Under the pieces are notes generated by a model. It was not told the origin of the DNA and did not search any database. It worked only from the letters and a program-made list of their open reading frames with translations. Positions 24,317-35,181 of a stretch of 64,000 nt of DNA are shown here, piece after piece. The stretch is from the NCBI GenBank assembly GCA_010093815.1, contig ML996565.1; one strand, written 5' to 3'. The position numbers were made by a program, and so were the translations under genes. Origin of the DNA: Pseudovirgaria hyperparasitica (Eukaryota). Positions within the stretch are counted from its first letter, which is position 1. Each line of letters starts with the position of its first letter.

Positions 24317-24835
24317 AAGACACACTTGTCAAAACGCATGAAAGAATGAAGAGATGATCATCACATACCCACGTCCAGTCCAAGAGTTAGAGCATGCGCT
24401 AGATACTAAATCACGAATGGAGTTGCTCGTGACAGACATTCAAGCTGAGAATCGCCGGAAGCATGACTAGATTGATCAGCTGAGATCGACATTGCAATCG
24501 CAGATGGACAAAACCCAGCGGGACCGAAGAAACCGTAAGGCTTATATGCTCACTTACCGACGTTTGAAATCGCACGCTGAAGGGATCTATTTGGACTTTC
24601 CTGACCTTGTGACCGACAAAGTTGGGAAAGGGCTCCCTATTCACGTCCGCACCACGCATTTCTACGACGGAGTGCCTCGACTGAAAATAAACGCTAGCAT
24701 ATAGTGGCATTACAGGTACAATGAATGCGCAGTCAAATTACGGTATCGTGTATAGTCTAAAGCATTATCTATACATCGTCTTCACATATCATAAATTACC
24801 GAGTCTTCTGTATTATGGTCGCTGCCATAGGGCGC

Positions 24836-25444
24836 CTAGAGCATAGCAGCAGCAGCAGCAGCAGCACCAACCAGAACTCCAACGACATTCTTGCCAACCA
24901 CTGCAGCCCCACCCGTCGACGCAGGAGGAGTCGCCACAGACGACGGCGTCTGCGAGACAACAGTCGGGCTCGGCGCCGCCGTAATCAGCGTACTAGGCCT
25001 CTCCGAAACAACCGACGGCTCCGGGTTCCCAGTAGCCGACGGCAAGCTCTCCACACTGCTCCCCTCCGTCGGCCTGACATCCGCCGTCTCCCCGGCGCCA
25101 GTCGGCAGCACCTCCGAGTTGCGAGCCCCGCCGCCAGTGCTCTGCGCCGCCTCTGCCGTCGTGGACGGCGCAATCTGGCCGTTCGGGCCCCAGCCCGGGA
25201 GATACTCTGGCGTGTACGAGTCCGTGCCCGTGTAGGCGGCGCAGCCGGGGACGGAGTGCTTGGGCGGAGCGCGGCCGCCGCCGCAGTCGAGGAAGTCGCA
25301 GATCTCGCCCGTGTCGGGGACGTACCAGATCAAGGACGCGCCGCCGTACTTGACTGTTGCGGAGGAGGTGCAGCCGTCGAGGTCGGTCTTTGCGAGGGCG
25401 GTGGAGAGGAGGGCGCCGAGGGCGAGGGCGAAGGTGGAGCGCAT
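24836..25444 (-). CDS. Secreted, probably GPI-anchored Cys-domain + Ser/Thr/Pro-rich cell-wall protein
   Basis: Signal peptide MRSTFALALGALLSTALA, 4-Cys domain (TDLDGCT...WYVPDTGEICDFLDCGGGRAPPK..PGC), S/T/P-rich stalk and hydrophobic C-terminus. Confidence 0.85.
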   Translation of the reverse strand: MRSTFALALGALLSTALAKTDLDGCTSSATVKYGGASLIWYVPDTGEICDFLDCGGGRAPPKHSVPGCAAYTGTDSYTPEYLPGWGPNGQIAPSTTAEAAQSTGGGARNSEVLPTGAGETADVRPTEGSSVESLPSATGNPEPSVVSERPSTLITAAPSPTVVSQTPSSVATPPASTGGAAVVGKNVVGVLVGAAAAAAAML

Positions 25445-26299
25445 TGTCGGTGTTTGACTTTTATTGCGTTTGTTGGAGGGGTGATTATGAGGGTACTGTG
25501 GAGTGTGTAATAGTGAATGAACGAATGACTTGGTTGAAGTGAGATGTTTATTAACGAAAGTGCGTGGAAGCGAGTGACTGGACGTTCGATCGACTTGGTA
25601 TGGACGATGAAGAGGAAAGCAGCAACATTGGAGAAGACGGCATGGAAAAGGTACTTATTGCTCGTGTGTAGTCTGACTAGCATAAGCAATATTGGATCCT
25701 TCGTGTTTCGCAACCTAGTTGTTGGAGAGCGTGGCGTTCCTAGTTCTTACAGGTCTAACCACCGGAGTGAGCCACTATGCCATCTCGATCCAGGGGTAAT
25801 GAGGCGCCACGGGATCATGCCGCGGAGAGCGTCAATTTATAGAGCAACGTTCCAAAGCTTAGATTGTACTGGCTGTGTTGTGATGCTGAAGATGTGCTGA
25901 TGTACTAATTATAAGTAAGAACACATGAGGTGGAGATATACAGTAGTTTGCATTGACGATCGATGATCTTCACTTAGATCTCTCAGTGGGGCAGGGGCAG
26001 ATGACAAGTGACAGCCTGAAACTTGAGGCTGCAACCTCGGCTGGAGATTCCTCCCGGGATCAGACGTCGATTACGCGTGTGCAGAGCTGTTGGACAGAGA
26101 GCACCAGACCGCATTACAACTTCTTTTCAGCCTCGTGTCTTTGTCTCTTTGTCTCCTTGTCTCCTTGTCTCCTTGTCCTCTTCGCCGTCACGCGAGCTGA
26201 TTGTTCCCTTTATAAGGCTGAAGATGCAGAGCCTCCTCTCTGTCTCTCTTCCTCTCTTGTCCGCCAATGCCCTTTGTTGATGTTCCTCTTGACCCGTCC

Positions 26300-27661
26300 A
26301 TGACCCCTAACGCTTCCTCGGCCTCGGACGCAAAGAGCGCTCCCGTAAGCGATATGGTTAAGGTTGTCAATTCATTGGCTTCCTAGCGTGTCCGTCGGAA
26401 ACTACGCAAGTGAACTGACCACCAACAGATTGCCAACGATGACACTCCACTTACGCCTCCTTTCTCCAAGCATGTCGAATTGATCCCGACCTCCGATACC
26501 CTCTGCATCACCCACAGACCTGGTCCGCCCGAGATTGTCCAGGTCACTGCTGGCGCGGAAGAGAATGAATACTATGGTGTGAGCAATCATGGAAGAGAGA
26601 ACAGCCCTAATGGCCTCGGTATACTTGGCCGTCAAGGCGCGTCTCCGAGACCTCCGTCTACCACCCGCATAGACACGACTGTGAGGTCTCCTACGTCGCC
26701 GAAGCAGCCTGTAGATATACTCGACTCTCTCCCGACCATAGCCTATGACGCCAACAAGCAAGTGTTCGAAGTGCGGAGCCAGATCAATGACTTCTTGGTT
26801 CAGGATCTAGACACGAGTCGGCTGAATGCCATCCACGGTATACTATGGATGGCAGGTCGACCGCTGAATGCCAGGCAGCTGCATCGATACGTCATGCTTG
26901 ACATACGTATCTTGCGCACCGAGCAGACGGATATGCACGTCCTGAGAGTCTCAAATCGCATGTTTGTCAAGCCTCTGCCGGCCTACCTCCTGAGCTACGA
27001 TTTCTGGAAGAAGTACCTCTGTGGTCCGCCCACTGGGCAAAGCGAAGACGACCGCGCCTTGCATAAACGAGCCTGTGGTCTTCTCATGTCATATGTGTGG
27101 CTCATCCGCTCTGAACTCGACATGAAGATCGCCAAAGACGAGCACCTTGTCCCGAAAGATGTCAATTGGCACTGGTGGAAGGCTTTTGTTGCTGACTTGC
27201 TTGCGGACGGCCACCTCGATGCCAACTCCCTCAAGCAATGCGACATGAGATACCACTACGGTGAACTGCGTCTCTCCCGCATCAACACCATATACCGCAT
27301 CCGTTTCTTCCACACCCATTTCATTCGTGGATACCTCTACGGCTATAATCGCTACGTCGTCTTCTTCCAACGCAATTTTGGCTGGATGCTCGTTATATTT
27401 GTATATTTTTCACTCGTGCTGTCGGCCATGCAAGTCGGAGTTTCGGTACCACCGCTGCAGGATAACGTCGCTTTTCAGCGGGCATCTTACGGGTTTGTGG
27501 TGTTTTCCATCGTTCTTGTTGCAGCCATTGTGGGCATCATCGGTCTCCTTTTCGTTGCCATCTTCGCCATAAATACTATTCTATCTATAAGACATAGCCT
27601 GCTGCAGTCGAGGGAGAGGAGGAAACTGGCCAAGGCGAAAAAGGGAGAGAAGCATGCTTAA
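26300..27661 (+). CDS. DUF6601-like fungal membrane protein
   Basis: ATG 26300 with phase-0 intron 26345-26428; LDTSRLNAIHGILWMAGRP, KPLPAYLLSYDFW, YGELRLSRIN and LSAMQVG; two C-terminal TM helices. Confidence 0.75.
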
Positions 27662-27943
27662 TGCCAAGGATGGTATACGGTTGATGCTATGATGCCATGG
27701 AAAAACCTGATTTCGCTCGAAATTGTGCTTGCATGCTACACACGTGAGTATGTGTCTACTTGGCGCGTTTTCCGAACGGGCGCCTTAAGCTGACACCTCG
27801 CTTTGTTCTATGACAACAAAGTACGTTACACAATGTCTGGAATGTTCGCACATGCAGAAGTAAACTAGGTATATAACTCCCACTCTCTCGATACTCTGCA
27901 GTAAGCGACTTGTTCTACTGTCTCACACCCGCTATCATACACG

Positions 27944-29776
27944 ATGCAGTCTCGAATCGAGACCCTCCCTGGAGAGCTCTATAATATGATCATCGGCTAT
28001 CTTGATGCCACCACTCTCTCAAGACTACTACAGTGTAACAAAGTACAAAGGGAACGTATCGAGCCGAAACTATACGCTACGGACGCCGCCCGTCGGTGTG
28101 CAATGCGCTGGGCGTGCGAGCAAGACAACCCAATCGTCATACAGAGAGCCGTTAAATACGGCGCAGACGTCAGCTACCTGTACCCTGAAAAACGTAACGA
28201 GAGCTACGGAAGAGCACAGCCCACGATATCGATTGCCATCACCCACTGCAGTCTTGAAGCAGTAAAATGCTTGATCAGCCTCGGAGTACAGATCGAATGT
28301 CTCGGGTATGAGCACGCCCATGATTTACTGTGGAAGCTACGATCTCCGAAACGGTGGGATATATGCCAGCGCTTTGTGGACGCTGGACTTGGTTCGACAT
28401 TCCTCATGCTCCGCGAGCATTGTCTGACGCCGACACTGGTCGAGAAGATTGTTAGCAATGGGCCGAATGCAGTGCAAGATGCTACTTGGCTCATTGATCA
28501 CGGAGCTTGTGTTAATGCTATTGCTTCAGTGTACTTTCTCGGCTCCGAGCGTCGCCGATATGCGTCGCCGCTGTCTGCTGCAATACTGGCTGACTCGAGA
28601 CCTCTCTTCGACCTGCTCCTCGCACGGGGAGCTGATATCCACAGTTCGCTACATAACATAGTCGAATCCGCCGAGGCTCTGCATATCCCTATATTTGCAG
28701 CCTGCTATGCGGCATCAAGTCATGCGAGCCTGAAATGGGTGGAAACCTGTCTTGATGCTGGCGCTGACATCAATACGGGCGCTCACTTGCGAATGAGACT
28801 TCCCACCGACATGCCCGGTCAATGCAACTATCTGCAGCTTGTGGCAGCGTACCTCGTCATGGACCATTCATGGGATGAGAATGCGGTGTGCTCTGTAAAG
28901 GACGTAGCGACCTACCTCTTTGACCGCGGAGCGACAATCAGGCCTGCTGAGCCGCCACCGCGACGCCCCAGCAGCGCAATGTACGCAGAAATGTACTCGC
29001 CATGTCTTGCGCAGATGATGATCGGGAAATGGACGCCTGCGATACTGCGTAACCGTATGTTCTTCGACGTGATAACCAGGCTAGTCGAGCTTGGAGATGC
29101 ACGAAACCATGTAGAAGACCTTTTTTCCCTCAGAAACGAAGCATTAGGACGATCATTTCACTGCTGGCGTCTTCCCGATAACCCTACACTGCGACTCCGC
29201 ATCGTAAACGCCTGGAAGGCCTTCCTCGACCTCATCCTCGACGACTATTTCGAGAATGCCTCGGCGGTGCAGAGGCCGATGTCCTGCACCGAACTCCTGT
29301 TCAGCACCGTGTACCAAATGGGCACACAGCCCCAACAGAGAGACCACATCATATACGTCACAGCGGAACACCTCGTGTCCCGCGGCGGGAATCTGAACGA
29401 CGACGGCAGCGAAGCGCCCATCCTCCACCAGCTATGCCTGCTCGTCAACCGGCGCTACACCCACCAATTGCCCTCTCAGCGGGTAAACCAGCACGCCGCG
29501 GACGAGAAATCCTACTGCGCCGCAATCGAAGACTTGGTCGACTTCCTGCTGTCCCTGGGTGCCGATCCGATGATCGATGCCCGCGGTAAGGGGTTTGACC
29601 GGGTTCGACGTGGGACCGTCACGGCGGTTGATTCCGTCGGTGAAGGGTTCAGTCGGCCTGAGGTGACGGCCGTGAACCTGTTGCTTGAAGATATAGAGAT
29701 TGGGGATCCTGATACGATGCTGTTGGTGCGGCTTGCGGGTCTTTGTGATGTTGCTGCACGTAGGCAGGCAGAGTAG
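27944..29776 (+). CDS. F-box + ankyrin-repeat protein
   Basis: 610-aa intronless ORF; N-terminal LPGELYNMIIGYL (F-box-like); repeated ankyrin ends KYGADVS, DHGACVN, ARGADIH, DAGADIN and SLGADP. Confidence 0.8.
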   Translation: MQSRIETLPGELYNMIIGYLDATTLSRLLQCNKVQRERIEPKLYATDAARRCAMRWACEQDNPIVIQRAVKYGADVSYLYPEKRNESYGRAQPTISIAITHCSLEAVKCLISLGVQIECLGYEHAHDLLWKLRSPKRWDICQRFVDAGLGSTFLMLREHCLTPTLVEKIVSNGPNAVQDATWLIDHGACVNAIASVYFLGSERRRYASPLSAAILADSRPLFDLLLARGADIHSSLHNIVESAEALHIPIFAACYAASSHASLKWVETCLDAGADINTGAHLRMRLPTDMPGQCNYLQLVAAYLVMDHSWDENAVCSVKDVATYLFDRGATIRPAEPPPRRPSSAMYAEMYSPCLAQMMIGKWTPAILRNRMFFDVITRLVELGDARNHVEDLFSLRNEALGRSFHCWRLPDNPTLRLRIVNAWKAFLDLILDDYFENASAVQRPMSCTELLFSTVYQMGTQPQQRDHIIYVTAEHLVSRGGNLNDDGSEAPILHQLCLLVNRRYTHQLPSQRVNQHAADEKSYCAAIEDLVDFLLSLGADPMIDARGKGFDRVRRGTVTAVDSVGEGFSRPEVTAVNLLLEDIEIGDPDTMLLVRLAGLCDVAARRQAE

Positions 29777-30548
29777 GTAGGATTGGTTGGAGAATAATTA
29801 AGAAGGATATCCTACTGGGCCGTCAGAGCGATGCTAGACTGCTAGGTCACTGGTTCGTCATTGTATATACAGGAAGGAGAGTGAGCTTCTAGAAAGCGAT
29901 ATAGAGGAATGAAAAGATAGACTTCGAACGTACACTTGAATCTTGGAGAAAATCAAGTTGGTACAATTCGCTCTTTTTTCCTTTCTAGAATAAAATGCCT
30001 CGTATCTATAAGGTTCAAGTTCAGTTGGAGAGCGACTTGTCAGACTTCACACAGTGCGTAATGCCCAGGAAACATTAGTCCGCGCTCTAGCTTGCGTCGA
30101 AGGAGTGAAGCACTAGGCGTGCTTTGAAAAAGATGGATGACGGGCGCTACACAGCCATAGGTGTTGACACCAATATAATCAGATCGAGCGCTATGGAATA
30201 GAAGGCCAGGACATTTATCTTCATAGAACATGCAGCAATATAGAGCTTCGTTGTGGAATGTCACGACATGACATGGAAGAAGATACATCCTCGCCATACC
30301 ACGCCATGCTGAGAGTCCAGCTGCTTAACCTGCTCCGACGACGCCAGGGGTATATCATATCATACATACAAGCAGACGAAACGACACAATGATAGTCCTG
30401 AGGAAATAGTTTGAGGGCAGGTGCACATAATACATTGTCACAATCATTCATCATCATCCATCAACATCCATCGATCGCAAGCATTGCCCCCTTCCCCCCC
30501 CCCCCCTCCCAGCATTATAAACGCTTGCACGAAAAGCATCACAACGCC

Positions 30549-31144
30549 CTAACCAACAACATCATGCCCTACACACCAATCAGCAACAGCACCCGCACAG
30601 AAAACACTCAAAACTCACGACCAAGCGGCCTCGCCCGCCTCGATATATTCGCCGCTTGCTGCTGCTTAATCCGCGCAAGTCTCGCCCTGCCACACCACAT
30701 ACTGTCAGCAATCCCATCACATCCTCAACGAACCTCCATCGCTCCACACATCCCGCCCCAAGGAGAAAAAAAAAGAACCAAAGAAGAAAAGACTCACTCC
30801 TCAGCAGCCTCCCCCTCCAACCTCCGCACCTCCTCGCGCGCACTCCGCACCGCCGCCCGCGCAGCCAACAGTGCCCGATCAGCCTCCTTCTCCGCGCGCT
30901 CGGCCTCGAAGACGCGGTGGCGGGCGGCGGCGATGCTTTTGTCTTCGTGGCGGTCGCGGTGCAGGAGGTTGCTTACGCGGCTGGTTGTGCTTGGGGAGGA
31001 GGGCGAGGCGGTGGTTGTTGTGCTGTGGGTGGTAGTGGTAGTGTTGGAGTCGTTTGAGCGGTGGCGGGAGGCGAAGAGGGATTTGCGCTGGGGAGAAGGG
31101 GGTGGTGGGGGAGAACGGGGGGCTTTGCGGGTGAAGAGGGGCAT
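30549..31144 (-). CDS. Small conserved fungal protein with C-terminal coiled coil
   Basis: Exon 1 ends DKSIAAARHRVFEAERAEKEADRALLAARAAVRSAREEVRRLE. Two canonical GTGAGT..GCTGA..AG introns give EARLARIKQQQAANISRRARPLGRHDVVG*. Confidence 0.75.
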
Positions 31145-31754
31145 TGTGGTTGAGTTTTGTTTGGGGTGTAGGGGGTTTTGGGTGGTGGGTGGGGTTGAGG
31201 GGGGATATTTGGAGTTGGGGAGTTTGTAGCTGGAATGGTGCTGGAGAAGTGGGAGGTGGATGTAGTGATTAGTGGAACCGTTGGGTATTTATCTTGAGAG
31301 GACTGTTAGTGGGCGATGAGGGCGGTGCATTCATGGAAGTGTTGACAAGGTCTGTTTCCCTGCTTCGACCCCAGACGCGCTACGTCATTGTCCGTAGTTC
31401 TTGTACAGGTCACGACCACGACTACAAGCCACCCACGAGTCATGAGGAGTACACTGGAATGTTAAATGTCAGGTGAATAGGTTACGCGTAGGCAACAGCA
31501 TGCTTTATACATCCTGCTCAATAGACCGACGCATTGTGATTGCTGTAAGAACAGTGAGATTAGCGAGACCCACCTCGAACAAAGTAAGCTCATTGTTCTA
31601 TACTCATATAATTACATCAACTCTTATGACGTTATCCCCAGATATTAAATGCATCCAGATAAATCTATCATCACATTCCAAGGTCCTCAACTCCCAGACC
31701 AATTATTGCATGCATCGCGACATATATACGGCTAGTATACAATGATACGTCATA

Positions 31755-33639
31755 TTACGTTGGACTGTACGAAGACGTTTGTCGAATCCTCGCTCCGTAC
31801 ACGTAGAATAAGATAGGTACCGGGAATAGCGCAACAGCCAAGAAGCCGAGAAGACTGGTAGCCCAGTCTACGCCGAGGGTATGGTACATTGCCGTTGCAA
31901 ACAATGGAAAGCCGGCACCGAAAAACGAGCGCAGGAAGGTGTTTGCAGCGATGGCTGAGTTGGCGTTTACGACGTAGCAATCGATGATGTAGTTCAAACC
32001 TTGCATGAAGATCCTGTCTTTCGTTAGCACCTTGAATCATATTACTGTCGGGGGAAGCTCTCACATCAATATACCAGCCCCTATTAATGCACCCGACATG
32101 ACTTGAGGCACCCAGAGAATGTTTGGATTAGATGTCCAGGCGAACCAGAAAAGGCCGGCTGGAAAGAACGCTCCGCCAATCATCATTGGGATGAGACGCT
32201 CCTCGGGTACAACCTGTCCGTTGTTCTCTTCGAGCTTACGCGCAAATCGAGTCTTGGTGATGTACGTGATGATAAGACTACCAATGATAACCCCGACGGT
32301 AATACTGAGAAACGGTAGCGCGCCAACGCCAAGATTCCAGCCGCGTTGTTCCTGGAATGCAATCGGATAGGCGCTGAACAGCAGGTATAGGATACCGTAC
32401 ACAAAGGCCATGTAAAGTGTCACAAGGAACAAGATGGGCTCCATGATTAACATTGCGAATGGTCTGAGAAGGTATTTCTGAACGATTTCCTTGGGATTGA
32501 CAGGCGATTCATCGAGTTTCGCATGCAAGGCCCAGTTTCTCGTCTCGAATCGCCTCTTCTTTGCTCTCTGCTGCAGAATCACGGCAGCATATGTTTCTGG
32601 CACAAGAACGAAGCCTAGGGCTCCGAAGAAGAAACCCATGATTGCCGTAATATACTCTGTCCATCGCCAGCCAAGGTGGCTCATGGTTACAAAGCCGCCA
32701 ACGATAGGTCCTATTGAACATTTAGTTTGATTGCCGTGTGTGACGAGCAAACTAATGTCGGATCAAACTTACCCGCTACTGGTCCGATAAAGGTTGCACC
32801 TGCGAATATACAGATTGCTATGCCCCGTTCTACCGGTGGAAACATGTCTGCGAGTGTACCACCGATGATGGCGAGCGGTGCGGAACCAAACAAGCCCCCG
32901 AAGAATCTACAGATGAAGATAGTCTGCAGATTCTGGGCCACTGCGACAGGAATCTGAAAGATTGCGAATACGAAGATGCCGAAGTAGAGAGGGTATTTCC
33001 GTCCGTAAAGTTCTGAGAGTGGCCCCCATATTATAGGTCCTGATCATCCATAAATTAGATGTAATGATCTTGGTAGTAGGGTTGATAAGACCTACCAAAC
33101 GCAAAGCCCAATACAAACAAGCTGGTGCCCAATGTCATCACCTCCATGGACACCCCGAATTGCATTGCAGTAGCTTCAGTGGCACTGCTAAAGACGCTAC
33201 TCGCGAAGGTGATGACAAAGGTTGTCAAGCCAAGCATACACGTTATAGCCCATCTCTTCGCGGCTGGCCAGTTTTGCGGATTGCCAGGGTCATCAGGGCC
33301 GTCCCAGTCGACGAGATTTGGGTCCTTGGGCTTGCTCTCGTCCTCTGGATCAGGAAACTGCTCACCCCTTGTCCTCTTCCGCCGAATGCTTGAGGCTGCT
33401 GTGTTCTGTTTCTCCAAGTCTCGGTTCGGGTTGGAAATTGGCGGTGCGGCTCTGGGCTCGTTGTTTGAACTTGTGTTGCGCTGCGAGAGCGTCTCAGTTG
33501 GTCTTCGGGAAAGCGTGTCATCCGCTGCAGTGTGATCCTTCTCTTTCTCAACCGGCGCAGTGCTGCTGACGTCGGAAGACGCTGCTAGCGACGGCAGGGC
33601 CTCAGCGGACTCTGCGGGGTGATGGACCATTGCGCTCAT
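31755..33639 (-). CDS. MFS drug:H+ antiporter-1 (DHA1) transporter
   Basis: [42 protein letters not shown] and PEERLIPM; three introns; multiple TM segments. Confidence 0.93.
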
Positions 33640-35181
33640 ATTGGCGATGCGATGTTCGTGTGAGCGAGCAAATATGGCCGGTAGCTGAGAGACATGTCGT
33701 ACATGATACTAAGTGTTCTACTCCCGACAAAGGAAATAAACATGACCTCATAGTGATGGATGACGGCCATAGCCCAAGACTAACAAATGAAGCCAAAGTT
33801 AGCGCCCAGATTGCCTCATGAAGCGTCGCACACGATTCGCGGCGGATGAGAATGGAATCGCCATTTCAAACGGCATGTTTGCTGTGGTTGGACGGTAAAC
33901 GCGGTGACCAGGCGTAGTGGTTGGATAGTGATCGTAGTTATTGGAAGCAACAAAGCACTGATGGAGGTCGTTCTGACGGGGAACAATTTGGATTATGTAA
34001 TCCATGCAACGACTCAAGTGCTCCGCAGATGAATGACGTCGTTGTGGCCTTGTTTGTAAGGCCACAAGGCTCAAAATTGCCCGGACTAGACCTATATAAC
34101 ACTATGTAAAGTAACAAGTGGTAATTACAGGCCGCCTGCGCGCCCGAGACTTGCATCCCGGGCCATCTGCACTGCTCTACAGTATGTCCAGAATGGCCGG
34201 TCAGATGGATAGGTACATGTAAATATCTACTCGCAATGGCATCCTCAGCTACAATGATGAGCATCAGAATCAGACGGGTAATTATTCAAGGGGCTTAGGG
34301 ACAGTCTTCTGATTGTGGCGTTTTTGGCTGACAGTTCCGCCTGATCCACCCGCTCCACCCACTCCACCTCACTATAGCCAGCTGGGTCTAAGTACATGTC
34401 TATAAAGAACCTAAGATCCACTTACATAGAGTAGTAGTAGTAGTAGTACTACATCTCTAGGTAGACCATACTCAGACTTCACTGCTATCACCCATTACAC
34501 ATAGATTATGACATATCTCATTCACAAACTCAAACTCGCGCAAAACAATGTCCGGTCAATCATTGTTTCATTTCCGCACCTCGTCCATACTATACTAACT
34601 AACATGTATGTTCTCTCACCACTGCAATTGTCCGGTGTAGCATAATTAACGTGTCCGACAGGCTGTCCGTCAAGCTGTCCGTGAGTCGTGTGCATGCATC
34701 CTTGTGTTTGATGGACATCAATTCCAGACACAAAGAATATGCCCCTCGCCTCACTGCACGCTTGCTGCCAACTTTCACATCCATAGCCTGACTGACCCCT
34801 ACCTGGCTACAAGCTTACGATCCCACCACACCACACCACACCCACTCTTCCCACTCTTCACTTCTTCTTCTTCTCCTCCTCCTCTTCATCTCAAGTCCCA
34901 CTTCTTCGACGTCACTCCTTGACACCATAAAGAACCTGGAAAAGAGCATGAGCAACTTCCTCTCACGCACGCAGCTTGGGGCAGCTTCGCATTCCTCAAC
35001 TTCCTCGTCCTGATACATCGCCGCTGCCCACAACGCACCTGTCAGAGAGCCCTGGACCGACACTTCTCGACAGTCGCTAGAGCAAACAGTCTGATCTCTG
35101 AAGTAAGTCATACACTTACACCTACACCCCTTACAACTCCCTCATCATACACCATCTACACCTCCTCTGATCCTCATTCCT

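Noticed and set aside
24815..25510. 231-aa Arg-rich plus-strand ORF
   Set aside because: Antisense to the GC-rich secreted protein gene, which has clear signal and GPI features.
30411..31229. 272-aa plus-strand ORF
   Set aside because: Antisense to the spliced minus-strand gene whose introns are canonical.
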